Shown piece by piece: positions 1 to 13,389 of a stretch of DNA of 64,000 nucleotides (positions within the stretch are counted from its first letter, which is position 1; each line of letters begins with the position of its first letter). The notes beneath the pieces are model-generated. The model was not told the origin of the DNA, ran no database searches, and saw only the letters and a list, made by a program, of their open reading frames with translations. Source of the DNA: Iphione sp. A-MEVVRFRX5 (Eukaryota); NCBI GenBank assembly GCA_976226885.1, contig OZ320319.1, positions 43,834,001 through 43,898,000 on the forward strand, in the 5' to 3' direction. Position numbers and translations under genes: made by a program.

Positions 1-92
1 GTTATATGTAAATATATGTCTGCAATAACCACTAACAAGGGAATAGGATATCACAGTCCCTTTATTAACAATATAATATATGAATAAAAAAA

Positions 93-190
93 TTCAAGCA
101 CATGTCATTATGGAACTAATTGTTGCATAGCAACACAATAACAGACAACAATCATTCACTTTTGTGACATATACTAATATAATATTATAT
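93..190. repeat. Split direct repeat A2 (copy of 2907-3013)
   Basis: Shares ATGTCATTATGGAACTAATTG...GCATAGCAACACAATAACAGA...GTGACATATACTAATATAATATT with 2907-3013, with one indel of about 7 nt. Confidence 0.9.
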
Positions 191-193
191 ATC

Positions 194-240
194 ATATATG
201 TTTGCAATAACCTCTAACAAGGGAATGGGATATCACAGTC
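194..240. repeat. Split direct repeat B1 (copy of 12-58)
   Basis: ATATATGT[T/C]TGCAATAACC[T/A]CTAACAAGGGAAT[G/A]GGATATCACAGTC, 44/47 identical to 12-58. Confidence 0.9.
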
Positions 241-249
241 ACCAACCCC

Positions 250-2055
250 AATCAAAGAGAGAAAGAAATGGACTTTGTAGAGTCGAATAACCAGCAATAA
301 CTCAAATCAACATACTTCAATACACACCAGGAATGCCAATTACCCCAATTTTAATAACAGAAACATCAATCCCTTAGCTAGAAAGGAATGTAGTACCCCT
401 CTCTGTAAGGAGTGAGATGAAATTCTACAACAATTTGGTAAGAAATTACGAACTTCTTTTAGTTTAGACATGGAAACACCATACATTAATGGAATAACTT
501 TACCCCTTAAGACATATGAAAAAACCAGCTGGTTAGGTGAGACAAAATGTCTTGCTTTCCAAATTTGTAACCATGTCACTGCACATAACTGAAACAATTT
601 ACAGTAGAAAACTGGAATACAAAAACCATCTACTTCAGACTTAATGCATTTACCTCTACTGATGTTATCTTTAACACCGAAATTGCAAAATTCTAAATCC
701 TTCCATCTCAAGCCTTCCTCAGAAGTGAACATTTGCTTCCTGAATAGGCAGCGAAAACCAACAATACAGGCCATCAAAAAAGCTGGTCAATCATTACTGA
801 ACGGTAAGTGCTTTTTATGTCACAAGTTGCCATCCAATCCTCACACTCCAGAACATTACTCACATTATCAGCTGAATGGTGTTTGAATTCTTTGTGGGTA
901 GTTTTCATGAAGTTATTAATTTGATACATCAGGAGGCATGGAGCAGTCTGTAATGGGGCATAAACTGCCATCTCCGTTATGTACACCTCCTAATGCATTT
1001 ACACATTTTGGTCTGACTTCACATTCTGAAATAAACCCTTCAACCAACTCAGATTCAATTTTGATTCTCATTTGGGTAATAAATTCTGGTTCAAGAATTG
1101 AATTGACACATCACTGTACTGTCACATAGCCACTCCCATCCATCACAATGTGACAATCATACTTTGACTACGGTCACATACAATGCTCAAAATTTTTTTT
1201 TAAAAGTTTTCTAGTCATAATATCAGTGTACTGTACTTTCTGATATACTTTGAAAATAAATATTGATGCCTCAGCATGTTCGCAATGGATATAATGTCTA
1301 TACATTAACATAACCACATCATGACATGTGACAGTCATAATTATAATATGGTTTTGTGGAGCGACAGTGTCATTTGAATGTCATCTTCACAGATTGATTA
1401 CACAAGTCACATGACAAAATAGCATAATATCATTGGCTATGGAATACTTTGATTGACAGATATCGTGACCGTAAATCATGTCATCCTGTCACACAGCAAT
1501 GTGTCAATTATAATTCTTACAGCAATATGCAGTATTACAATCAATGTCAACAATATCAAATCCATCTGAAAAACCTTTCCACAAATTAAGGATTCTATCA
1601 CTACTCATGCCCGACTGACACAAGTATTCAAAGCATCTGCACACTTTGATAGGGGTGACGATACCACGGATTTCATAACAACACTCACAATCACCACTGA
1701 CACAGGCTTCATAAATGTGTATTCTTTGCTCACCAGTGAAACTGCTAACACAAATACATTTTAAGTCATGCATATCCCTGGGTAAAACAAATTGATTCAA
1801 ACAATCACACACTCTCAACTTCAAGGTGTTGTCATTGATGTACCCCGGGCCGTCATTACTACCCGAGTTACCAACGTCACTAAAAATTTCACATGGAGCA
1901 TTCCCTTGGTTAGAACAGCCATGAATGGTGTCACTTTGCTTGAGGAACCCCCAATAGTTCATCATAGGGAATAAGTCAATGGTATCAGACTCACAAATAT
2001 CGTTGATGTCTTGTTCCTTCTGCAAGTCAACAGCTATCAAGTCTTTTTTTGACAA
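250..2055 (-). pseudogene. DIRS-type reverse transcriptase ORF2, disrupted (MITE insertion, frameshifts, 3' truncation)
   Basis: Segments LWKGFSDGFDIVD..CKNYN / SILEPEF..RPKCVNALGGV..PITDCSMP / INNFMKTTHKEFKHHSADNV..DWMATCDIKSTYRSV / GLRW match the RT architecture of tyrosine-recombinase retroelements. Confidence 0.8.
1105..1505. mobile_element. About 400-bp MITE with AATT target-site duplication inserted in the RT gene
   Basis: Termini GACACATCACTGT / ACAGCAATGTGTC (11/13 inverted match), with AATT on both sides (1101-1104 and 1506-1509). Removing the element and one AATT restores ...NYN-SIL... in frame. Confidence 0.8.
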
Positions 2056-2091
2056 TGCCCTTGACTTAGACTGACTGTTGTCACCACCTAT

Positions 2092-2883
2092 TCATTTACC
2101 CGAACAACAGTCAATTGATCGGTGCCCCATCTGATGACAGGACAAACAAGCATGCTTGAATCTGCACCCGGCATCATCACAACTTCCATTGTTGTAACAG
2201 TAACAGTAACCTTTCCCCTTTTTAGATTTCTTCCTCATCTCTTTGGCCCTTGCCATGTCTAAGGTCACATCCAGACTGAGACAATGGTGAACCATCTCTG
2301 TGTCCCCATAGGAGAAGGCCTTTAATCCGTCATCAGCAGCGTTTTTCCTCACCTGGCAATAGTAATCCACCAAGGATTTGGTTGTGTAAATTTTGGTCGA
2401 TGCCCTGTCAGCCAAAAACGAGATATGATCAATGTACCCATCGACATCTTCACCATCTGAGATAAGTTTTTTCAAGAGACTGAATAATCCCACCATCAAG
2501 TCTTCAAAACTTTTGATCTCACTTTTCACAAATTTCTTGATCGAAAAACTCTTGGTCTTCTTAACTCCCTTACTCTTTTTCCCTCTTCTCGACTTCTTTT
2601 CCTCCTCATTATCATCAGAGCTCGAAGAGTCATCATCACTTGAGGAAACTTTGGGGGATGTAGAGGTGGGTTTCTTGCCCGATGGCTCTTCTGGTTCCTT
2701 TATCGTCATCAAGGCTTCCAGCATGCACTTGATTTTCTCAAAAACAGGAGAAATTTCAGCTTCCGATTTCTCAAAATCATCATTGGGTGCCCTAAGTGGT
2801 CTTCTGCACTTTTTCCCAACTGGTGAGACATGCTTCTTTTTGCATTTACTACAAAACTTCTCCATCTCAGGCCTCACGGACAA
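2092..2883 (-). CDS. Gag-like ORF1 of the DIRS/Ngaro element (263 aa, open)
   Basis: N-terminal CSKCKKKHVSPVGKKC motif, an S/D/K-rich linker, and C-terminal zinc-finger motifs YCYCYNNGSCDDAGCRFKHACLSCHQMGHRSIDC. It lies directly upstream of a DIRS-type RT. Confidence 0.75.
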   Translation of the reverse strand: MSVRPEMEKFCSKCKKKHVSPVGKKCRRPLRAPNDDFEKSEAEISPVFEKIKCMLEALMTIKEPEEPSGKKPTSTSPKVSSSDDDSSSSDDNEEEKKSRRGKKSKGVKKTKSFSIKKFVKSEIKSFEDLMVGLFSLLKKLISDGEDVDGYIDHISFLADRASTKIYTTKSLVDYYCQVRKNAADDGLKAFSYGDTEMVHHCLSLDVTLDMARAKEMRKKSKKGKGYCYCYNNGSCDDAGCRFKHACLSCHQMGHRSIDCCSGK

Positions 2884-3073
2884 TGTACATTTTGTCGCTA
2901 CAAATTTTCAAGTGTATGTCATTATGGAACTAATTGAGCCGAGTCGCATAGCAACACAATAACAGATAACAATCGTTCACTTTTTGTGACATATACTAAT
3001 ATAATATTTATATAGCATAAGTATCTTCCTCCTCTCTTTGTAGAGCTTCCGACACCCCCCATAAAAAAGAGTA

Positions 3074-3250
3074 CAGTGGAGTCTCTATTTACGACCATAT
3101 CATTTTGCGACCACTCTCTATTTAAGACCACTTTAGTTGTGAACAAAAATCTTAATTTCTATACATTTGATATTCTATTTAAGACCAAATTTGCCATTAA
3201 GACCATTTGAGCTTGGTCTGAAATGGTGGTCGTAAATAGAGACTCCCCTG
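3074..3250. mobile_element. Tc1/mariner (pogo/Tigger-like) MITE, 177 bp
   Basis: TIR CAGTGGAGTCTCTATTTACGACCA versus the reverse complement of TGGTCGTAAATAGAGACTCCCCTG (23/24), flanked by TA on both sides. Confidence 0.9.
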
Positions 3251-6014
3251 TACCTGTGAATCAAACAGAACTATCTGTCTGAAAAGCATAATTAAATAAC
3301 CTCATAGCCTCGAAGGGGAGGATCACACTCTTCTGGGCAGGTTACATAGGTTATCAAACCTGTATCACATCTGTATGCCAATTACATTGTATTTATTTCT
3401 TCAGTATCGTGACATTTTTTATTGATGGTGTAATTTATCACAATCATCTGGGAAGATTAAGTATGTTATGACAGAAAGCAAATGGTTGTCATCTACTGCT
3501 TGTGCTATAGGGCCGTGTCCTAAGTGGAGCTATCACTGAGTGCTAAAATAGTGCTAGAATCTCTTTTCCCTCTTTTCATCTCATAATTTTATCTTTCTGA
3601 ACGACATGTACCTATTATAGGGTATAAATTCAGCAATAAATCTATTGAAATCCAAAAAGGAAATGTGTGTAGACGTTAAGAACCCGGTGAAGTGGCCACG
3701 TGGTGACGCATAAAGCTCCTGAAGCCGCCACCAGGGTCCCTATGTGCCCCCACGTGCCGCCTCTAGTCGCCCCATCTGTCGGCCGCGTCTGAAGGGGCCC
3801 TGCCTCACACAATCTCGTTACGACGGAAATCAACGAGAAACGTGATCGGGGACAGCGTCTGTCAACCTGGCGAGGAAACGCTGAGGACAGAAATAATAAT
3901 AGAGGCTAGTGGCAAAGTTTATAGAGGAAGATTGGGTACAGATGAAGTAGGGGACAGGGAGGAGATGGTGATAGGAAGGGAACCGAGTGTCAGGGACAAG
4001 TTCGCCCTGAAAGGAAGCAGTCTGGCCGAAGGGAACCGGAGAGAGATGCGACACAGATGGAGAATGAAACACGGAGGGGCAATAATAAAGTGTCGTGAAG
4101 AATCCTTACGGAAAGGAAACATGAATGGAGGGAATAGGATTATGCTCTAATGTGTCAGATTGGCACACACAGGTTCTAATGCACCAGAGTTATATTTACC
4201 AGGGTGTCAGATTGCCAGGTAACTGAGTGTCAGGGACAGCAATAGGGTACCGGACAGGCTCAGATTATCTCGACAGCGAACCCTGAGGTCAGTCTAGGGA
4301 ACATCAATCCTGAAGCGGAAGGATAAAGAAAAGAGGAAAGGCTTACAGTTGTGGTTCTCCGTGATTTCTTTTAAAGAGTCCTTTATCAATGCGCAGAATC
4401 CGTCCGTTTTCAGCTTGTTAACTTCAAAGGCGACGGTAGGCGGTCCCTGCCTGCCCCCCCCCCGGGCAAGCTCCCAACCCCGCCTCTTAAATCAATACTG
4501 GAGGTACGGGCCACATCTGCTGCCATCTCTTGGGGGTCGGCGTTAGTAGAGAGCATACAGAACCCCACATAAGGTTGAGTTTGCAAAGAAATAAGAGCTG
4601 ATGGTCTACAATCCGGGATAGACATACAAATGCATAGATAGTACATGTGCATAATGCTGGTACGACTTCACATGGTGGTACATTTCTTAATAAAACACAA
4701 TACATGTTGTCACAGCAGAGTCTGTTTGTGCAATGCACATGGTGCCTTTATTACATGTTCGTTGTAACATTAAATGTGGTGCAATGTTGCCATGGTTACA
4801 AGTCAGAGTTATAGGTTGGTACGCGCATATAGATATCTTATGTGTGGGCTACATGTTACCAAAAGAACTCATGTTCCTGCTCACTTAGCTATTAGTAGAC
4901 ATAATATCATTCTGACATAATATCAGGCTTAACTAATGGTTAGACATGGTACATGCCAGTGGATGTAGTGGACCACATGTACATGAATTTACTTCCTACC
5001 TGGTAGATGTTACTTGCCTTTCCTTCCGCCTAAAAGCAGCATCCGCTTCTGCATGCGAGGCTAGTGTTGTTGGTCGCCCCTCGACACCATCGGATCTTAA
5101 CAAGACCTTAAGAGGGTTCACCATTTCGTTTCCTGGCAGGCTCAGTAACTCGTGACAAACAAGTGGTACAAACCAGTCACTGTGCAACTGCAGTGGACTT
5201 CGTGTTGTGAAAGTGTAGGTGGGAAAATGGCGAGCAGAGATGTGAAATGCTGTAACTGGTTAGGATGTATACATGATCAGACATTGAGTAAATGTGCATG
5301 GTTGTAGAATAATTATTGTGACCGATAATTGGTAGGTGGATTGATGTGGATGTGGATGGGTATGTTAGGACATGGACAGTGTCAATGCATGCAGCTGTAT
5401 GAGTGTGCGCAAAAGTGAGATGGGTGTCAACACCTTATGACTGGGTGAAATATTTTGACTTGTTATGGACTGCTGTGACTTAAAGTTGGTTGATCAATAA
5501 TTTGTCAGCATATGTGTTTGGTTATAGAGATGAGTGTATATACTAGTGTAGTGTGCATTTGGGAGGGCGAAGTGCCTCAGGCGGTCTAGAGTTACATGTA
5601 TAAATGGTGACTGACCCGGGGGCTTGGAGCACTTAGTGGTTAGTTCTTAAATAATAAACATCTCATTTATGGTTTTATAAAGTGTGTCCTGCAGACAGGT
5701 ATCAGCGGGTTCAGGTGAATGAGGATGGGCATGATCTGATGTAAAGGAGCATGGGCAGTTATGTAGATTCAATATACAGCATATGTTAATGCCGAACAGT
5801 GATGTAGATTCAAAAGGTAAAGGCTGGTGTGCACAAATGTCAATACATTTTGCTTTGCTAGAGATGTTGTGAAAAGACGTGCACAGTCAGTGATGTTCAT
5901 ATGCGTTGTGATTAGTGCGCACAAATGTACAGGGTCAGTGTCCCAGGGAATGGTGTTGTGGGTGCATCAGGGTGGGCATGTACAGAAGAACCCCGTTAAC
6001 CAGAGACCCTGCAG

Positions 6015-6570
6015 ATGGCAAATTTTTGTCTGGATGACGAAATATCCAGTTGCCGAAATCTCTACCCATTCATCTCCTGGTGGAAAAAATGGCATTTCAT
6101 GGAGATTGAGGCAAATATAATGGAGAACTTGCAAAAAAACATCAAATTTCAGGGAGAAAGTGCCACAAAATTGGAAAATTTCAGTGAGAGAGTGTGGTTA
6201 AATGTTTTACTTAAGGAGGTAGTGGCCTGCATCTTGCTCTTATATAATCATTTCTTTGTTCTCTGTGCTGTGTTGTCTCATACTTTAGGAGGTCACAGTC
6301 TGCATGTCACTTTTATGTACTCTTATGTTACTTCTAACCTATGTTAGTTGCTCTGCACTGGTGCTTCCTTTGTTCTCCTGCATCTGGTTGACTGTGTCTA
6401 TTTCCTATAGTAAACAATATAAGAATGTGGTCAAATCCGGTCCAGTTACGGATAGCGAAATCCGGTTAAATAGCACATTTTAAAGAGAAAAACACTTGGT
6501 AATTCAATATAGTTATGGCTAGGGAGGAAATCTGGATGTTGTGTCTCCGATTGGCAAGGTTTGTCTGTAC
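6015..6570. repeat. Dispersed repeat family X, copy 1
   Basis: Collinear with 40505-41130 and 48165-48545: CATCTCCTGGTGG, GCAAATTTC-type subrepeats, TGTTAGTYGCTCTGYRCTG, TGTGTCTATTT..TATAGTAAA. Confidence 0.75.
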
Positions 6571-7727
6571 AGGCATGCAATGAGCATGGATGGGTGTGTA
6601 CATGGATACAGATGAGTCTGGACAGGAGTCAGAGAATGTAGATGGGTTGGGTGTGAGTGAACAGGTGTGCGAAGGTATAGACAGGTATGAACACGCGTCA
6701 GTTGGTGTGGATGAATTGTAGTGATGTGAAATTATTTGCATAAATTATATAGACAGGTATTAGCAGGTGTCAGTTTGGATGGATTAGGTGAATACGCACA
6801 GGTATGTTAGTTGGTAGGGATTAATAACATTGGGAGTGAAATGATGTGCTCTGGTTATGGCAGACATCATCAGGTGTCAGTACGGCCAGGTTGGGGTGAG
6901 TGTGTACAGATAGAAGCAAGTATAAACAGGTGTCAGTCAGTGTGCCTGGGTAAGAGTAGGTGTATATAGGTGTGTACGTTTGTCGATGGACAGGTCATTG
7001 TTATTCCAGCAATTTCCTGCTGTATCAACTACCCAGTCCTTCCTGTCCCTGGCCATGATTTATGCTTGGCACATTGCCAATGATACCTTTCGCATTCACC
7101 ATTAATAACTGACGTGACGCCATAGCCGTTTATTCGATGAATTTGGAGGTAGATTGGGAAATGAAAAATCAGAACGATAGATCAAGAATTGCGTATAATT
7201 TTAAACATTTACCTGGAGATAAAACATATTATTGTAGTGTATCATATAAAACATCAATTAAGAAGAAGTAGGATAACGTAATCCTATTGGTCCAGAATTG
7301 GAAATAATAATGGAAGACTAGAACTCAAACACAAAGCTGAAACACTGCAGCGAAACGTGCGGAGTCGGTAGTCTCCAATGGTCTGTATCTTGACTATGGT
7401 GATTCATCACAACAATCTGACCCATCATACGATATGTTTTAGACCCCCACCCTTTCCTTCCAGGCCTCTCCTAACCGGTTCCTCTCTACCACAGGCCAAT
7501 GTGTATTTAGAATGGCGCCCCCACCCTTATCCCACAACTTGGGCGCTGACAATGGGAACAGGCGCGGAAGGGTCAGACACCCTGGAGGGGGAGAATGGAG
7601 AGCGCGAGGGAACAAGACTCTCGATCGAGGGAGTTCGTTGGTTCTCTCAAATCGGTAAACATCTCAGCGTTCAATTATTATCAGCGAGTATAGGGATGGA
7701 AATGGTAAGTTAGGACGGCGAGCATTG

Positions 7728-7729
<2 letters not shown>

Positions 7730-7795
<66 letters not shown>

Positions 7796-7803
7796 GACAG
7801 AGA
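7730..7803. repeat. Compound microsatellite (AG)n(AGAC)n
   Basis: Directly visible simple repeat. Confidence 0.95.
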
Positions 7804-10779
7804 TGTGAGAGTACATATACATGTAGTTTGGGAAGGAGTTTAGCGGTAGACGAGAAGGTTGGAGATATAGAGGGATGGCAAACTGTGAGAGAGGGAAGAG
7901 GAGAGTGAGATTTGCTAGAAAATAGTACCCCATGCTAGATGATTTCCCGATCAAATCAGAGCAGGAGGTTGACGACATTTCAATGTTGGCCGTAATGTCG
8001 CATGGAAAGTGAAGAGGAAGCGCCCATTCGCTATGTTGGGTTCGCCCTAGAGGAGGGTCCTCTAGAGAAGACTTAAAAGTAAAGGTTTCTGAAAAGAATT
8101 TACATAAATTTCCAGTATCCTCTCATTGTCTCCTCAGCCATATCACACACGTCAAAGGCCGCCATGTTATCCACGTCCAATGAAGATTGCCTTCGCCGAG
8201 AAGCTCGCGCAGTAATATGAAGTGTGTACACTGTGTGCCGTGAATTAGCAGGTAAGAGAGCGGCCAGGTGGGCCAGGTAAGAGCCAGGTGGACCCCTCTC
8301 ACACCACTCGGCCTTGCCTACACACACACTCCACGTGTCAAGCACCAATAAAGCCCGAAACCGCCAAGTGAGGTGCCTCTCAGGGAGGGTAATACGGAGG
8401 GCGGAGTGGGATGAGGCGAGTCTGCATGTGTGAGGGATGTGTGCAGGAGCTGTGAAATGTGTGCGTGTGAGGGAGGGGGGGCGGAGAGCTGGGATGTGTT
8501 AAGGGAATTCTTGAAGTATGGGGAGATTTGAGGGAGACTGGGTAAAATGGAGAAATGACAGATTTGATGGAGTTTCATGGTATAAGTAGAAGTGGTGCAT
8601 ATATGTTAGATATATGCCACATTAGAAGCTGTAGAGAAAGTATTTAAACAGGATTACCCGAAAGTGGCAGTAAATCCATCGGCATGACTTTTTGTAGACC
8701 ACACAAAGCTGCAAGTAGAGTGCAGTCTGCAAAAACGAATGCTAATCAATCGACTACCACTGAAGTGAGGTCATATTTTTATTCGCCGCTTGTTTATAGG
8801 TATATTTGATGGAAACATACCTATTAGGACGAGTATTAGGGTGAAATTCATCGTTAGTTTGACTCAGAGATGGTATGTTTGCACATAGCATCATCTTAAA
8901 TGATTATTCTGCACATGATTGGCCCAGTAAATAACCTACTGAGCATGCGCTCTGGATGATTTCTCTGTTTACTTCGACTTTGGGGCGAGCATCACACCGC
9001 AAACAAAAACTTCAAATAAACCACAATATACATCAAATCCCTTCTATATATGGCAAAAAGGTATGTCTATATTAAATTTAGGTAATTATTGTCTTGGTTT
9101 GCCATAAGCGGTTTATTCTATCAACACCTGCCCACCATCCTTTCATTAAAATGGAATGCAATTTAACGCTTGACCTCATACCACAGGCTCATGCAGTGTG
9201 CACTCACAGAAATGCATGCTATGAGGCTGTGGTATTATGAGGATACTGCATGAGCGGGGGATAATAGGGAGAACTGCATGATTGACGTGGCACAGCAGGT
9301 GAGAGGAGTAAGCATATACAGAGGGTGACAACAGCACAGGACAGGTAACAGGAAAACTGAAAGTTGCAGGAGGCACCACGCAGTTAACGGAGACCTAGAC
9401 TAAAGGTTACAGGAGGTGTACTAGCACAGCTAATAGAAACCTAGACTAAAGGTTACAACAGGTAAATAGAAGACAATGCAGCTCTTTTAGGACAGCCTTC
9501 AGTTAATATAAAGATGTATTTGGTTTGTTGACATTTGCAAGCTGGATGATCAAAGAGATATATGCCAAATTTCAAAACACAACAGCTTGTCAGGGCAACA
9601 AGCTCTCCAGTGATGTCATAGTCATGTACTAACATGTCTCCAGGACAACCTCTGTGTCATTTATAAGGCCCCGATTGGAAGCCCTCAATCGGTTCACGGT
9701 CGCATATTATTTCACCGTATTTGAAAACCAGCACTAACCAGAAGAAGGTGTGTTCATCCAGGGATAAAATATCTGAGTTTTGGTGTGTTGGGGCCAGGAA
9801 TTGCGGACGTACCCAACTCGAATTGTGACAAAAATCACCAAAGGATTTTACTTCTTCCAGTATTTCTTGTGGCTTTGATATTATTCCAATTCAAATATCT
9901 TTATTATCAATCTGTGGTGTAAAAAACGGAGTTATGCGTGATAATGCAGATGACAATAGAACATATATACAGTATAAGTTTTGATAAATAAGTTATAATG
10001 CAAAGTAGAAGCAGTGAACGGAAGTATACGGAATATTGTTGCAATTACGTACGACACATGCATTAGTAATCACCAGAGGAGGATCTGGCTGAAAATATAT
10101 AATATGATTATGATATCAAGCAGGAACGTCTCAAGCGGTCTTGGCAAGTACGATTAATCAGTCTTCTACATCAGCGTGAGAATCAATTTTCGTTATGCGT
10201 ATACAGCACTAATGAAATTCCAGCCCACGTTGCTGCTGCAGTATGCAAGTTACAAATATATGTAGAGGAATGGATCAGGTTCCCACCAGATCGTTGAGGG
10301 TGTAGGGATTAGAGAATACTTGTCTATACTCGCTATAGTAAGCCTTATCACTGACTAAATCCTACTAACTCGTGGATATAGCTTCAAAATTCCCCCTCCA
10401 ATAACCCACAATAAGATAGTCATCGTGTGTCTTCCACTACCTTATTGACTACCTGTGGTAACCCCAACGTCTGCTCCGCAGGCAGAACTACCGAAGGTGC
10501 AGGAGCTCGGTCGGAAGTAGTTAGTAACTATGATACAAGACCCAGATTAACCAAATGCGTCGGACACTGAACTACTTAGGCAGCTCTATGTATAAGGTGC
10601 CCTTATGTGTTAGAGCTAAGTATGGGCTTTGTGCTATTTGGCTAGTGCCCAGCCTCCTTATGATACTTCATTGGACATTTTCGCGAAATGAGTGATACCC
10701 GCATCACACTCTATCCCTGGTATTTTGGTCAGGTTTGAAGTCAGGTTCCAAGCATACCAAGGCCCAGCCATCCCATATG

Positions 10780-11790
10780 GCTGTGCAAGATGGCCCTGCA
10801 ACACATGGCCGCGCAAGATTGCACTATCACTGCATAGCCACTCTATGTAGGACAGAGTTAATTCTGCCGCGTGTAATGTCAGACATGTACGTGCTTCTAC
10901 AGGTAGTCCATTCCAGAGTACCGTTCCCCTGAAGCGGAGACCACGCCGACACCGTGCACTCCTCGGAGTTGAAGTCTCGATCCTACAAGAAGGGCCTCTG
11001 CGAGTTCTGGTCATTTTTGCTTCCAGCAGTAATTGTAGGAGGAACAGTTTAAGGATTGCCCATACCCCCACATCCTGAATTTGTTTAGATACCCGCAGAA
11101 CGCCCAGCTTCTCGTTGAATCTCCTGGCAGGTAGGAAGTCTCCGGTTTGAATGCTCATGTGTGCACACCTATTCAAGGTGACTTGGAGTTTCACCATTTC
11201 AGCCGAACTGAGTCCAAAGAAGGTTACCAGCGAGTAGGTCAGATGGGAAGCACCATAGCTCGGAATAGAGTAAGACGTGCCTCCAGCGGTAACAAGGTCT
11301 TGACTCTACATAAGCGTATTGAAGCTGTCCATATCTTCCGCTGTACATTGTGAAGCTTTTCTTGAACTTCAGGCCATCATCTAAGATTAGGCCAAGGAAG
11401 CTTCAGTCCCCCATCAGTGCAAGCCGCTCACCCTGTAACTCAAGGTCCAGAGGGATGCCAGCAGCTTTCCCAACCTGCATTTACAAATACTCAGCACAAA
11501 CCCCCCTTCTTGGGTCCACTTGTCAATGCTGGCAATATTTTCTCTGTTTCACTGCAAAGCCTCAGTAGGTCCTGGACATGAGTGATAATTGCATGTTGTC
11601 AGCATATAACACTGGGATGACAGAGCTGGGCAATTTATCAACAAGCGCATTCATCACTTAGAATAAGGCTGTAGGTCCGAAAACAGATCCATAGGGTACA
11701 ATGTGTTCTAATGGCCTTATCTCTGAGTCTGCACTCCCACACCTCACTCAACTTTTGTCTATTACAAACTTCACTTTGTATATTATTGTT
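10780..11790 (-). mobile_element. Decayed LINE (CR1/L2-like) RT 3' half
   Basis: LYADNM (YADD variant, about 11593-11607), RVKTLLPLEARLTLFRAMVLP, and the C-terminal RFRGTVLWNGLP motif. Many stops and frameshifts. Confidence 0.8.
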
Positions 11791-12285
11791 TTGAATGGTA
11801 CAATTGGGTCAATAAATACTGTCTGCATGGAATCATGAAAGGGAAAGTGTGAACATGTGCATATTGGCTGTTTTTAAGAAATTACGTCAAGCATTGTCAC
11901 AAGGCAGACTAGAGATCCACTGCCCTAATTTTTTACAATTGGTACGTTCAAGTAAATTAAAAAATAAATGATTATATGCTATGCATTTTTAGACACAGAG
12001 AAATGTGCAGGATACTTTTTACACGTCTACAAATCAGCCATATCTGTATGCCAGTTAACTGCAGCCTTCATTGGTTTATCATGACCTACCCAACGCGGGC
12101 CTCTCTTCCAAAGTCAATAGAAAAGCCTAGCTACTCTGAGAGTTCTTACAGGATTCCACTTGAAACTGCAACAGATATTAAGGCAATGATGTTTGAACTA
12201 TGCAAAAATCATCAGGGAATTTAGGATAGATGAATTTATGCAATTCGTGGCAAAAATATCCTATACCACTGAAGTATTTCATTAA

Positions 12286-12381
12286 GGCTTGGTTTCTATA
12301 TGTCTGGATTTTTTTTTAATAAACTCCAGAAATGTTTTAAGTCAATTACTCTGGAAACACTGGACACATAGAAATCCAGTC
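12286..12381. mobile_element. PIF/Harbinger-like MITE, 96 bp
   Basis: GGCTTGGTTTCTATATGTC and GACACATAGAAATCCAGTC are imperfect TIRs (15/19), with TAA directly on both sides. Confidence 0.65.
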
Positions 12382-13389
12382 TAATGCAAGGATGCTTGAG
12401 GTATACGCAAAGTTCAGAACAACGTTCACCACTGTATCAAAAAAGCTTAGTACACAGTAGGTCTCAGCAGTTCCTACGATAGATTAACCCAATGATGGTG
12501 CGTAGTGTTTGCATGCATTCCCACGCTCTGGGTTGGTAGTGCCTCAATGCATTCCTGGACTATGGACTTGTATTGCATATAAGCATTATAAGTAATCAAT
12601 TTGGTTGTTAGTGTATTTATAAGTAAACTTTATTTTTTAAGATTATAAGCTACTAAAAATAGAAAAACAACATTAATTCATAGTGGAGAGAGTGTGTGTT
12701 CTATGGGCATATAAATAAATTATTCCAAATGATGCTTTACATGTGTTGCATGTTGACATGCAGCTGTCTGTCTTGGAAAACAGAGAGAAGAAGTACCATG
12801 CAAGCATGGAGGACAATTTCAGTTCGGGTTCTGAATTCAAATTCAAATTCAAATTCTTTATTGGTTTTATCACATTGGTGAGTTTTCCAAGATCAATACT
12901 GAACAATAGTATCATGATACATGTGAACGAGACTTGAATGAAAGTGTGTGCAGGATGTCAAACAATGAAACAGCATCAGCAGAATCATGGCTACTTTGTT
13001 GTTTATCACAGTGACTATGCAGCATATTATACAAATTAGCAAAAATAGTATGTCCTGAATATGAAATGTATTTGTCCACTATAGCACAAGAACTCCTCTG
13101 GCGTATATCACAGCTTAGTGTATCCCCTAATCCTTATCATCATCACAGCCAGTTTGCGATACATACTTGAGTACATAGAAAAAAGAAATATACATGAGCA
13201 AGAAAAACAAGTATTACCTGGGGACGATATGTCCTTCGTTAAATAAAAAATTAATACAATGATGTAACATAGATGATCACCCCTTTGCACCCCTCATCGC
13301 AAAGTATCAGTGTCAGACAACATGTGCATTCACTCATCCTTTCCAATCACACCACATCCGATATTACCATTCGCTTGAAGATAACCTAC

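Larger units (their letters stand above)
12..3013 (-). mobile_element. Ngaro/PAT-type (DIRS order) retrotransposon, internally deleted (RNase H and tyrosine recombinase missing)
   Basis: Read on the minus strand the order is repeat A1 (3013-2907), gag-like ORF, DIRS-type RT, B1 (240-194), A2 (190-93), B2 (58-12). This is the A1-ORFs-B1-A2-B2 split-direct-repeat layout. The element may continue past the left edge of the window. Confidence 0.72.

Noticed and set aside
3620-8600. Protein-coding genes among the many short ORFs here and at 32600-35500, 37200-38700, 41400-43100 and 62400-63000
   Set aside because: The products are low-complexity or microsatellite-driven, with no coherent exon chain. 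Composition suggests old retroelement debris that I could not classify.
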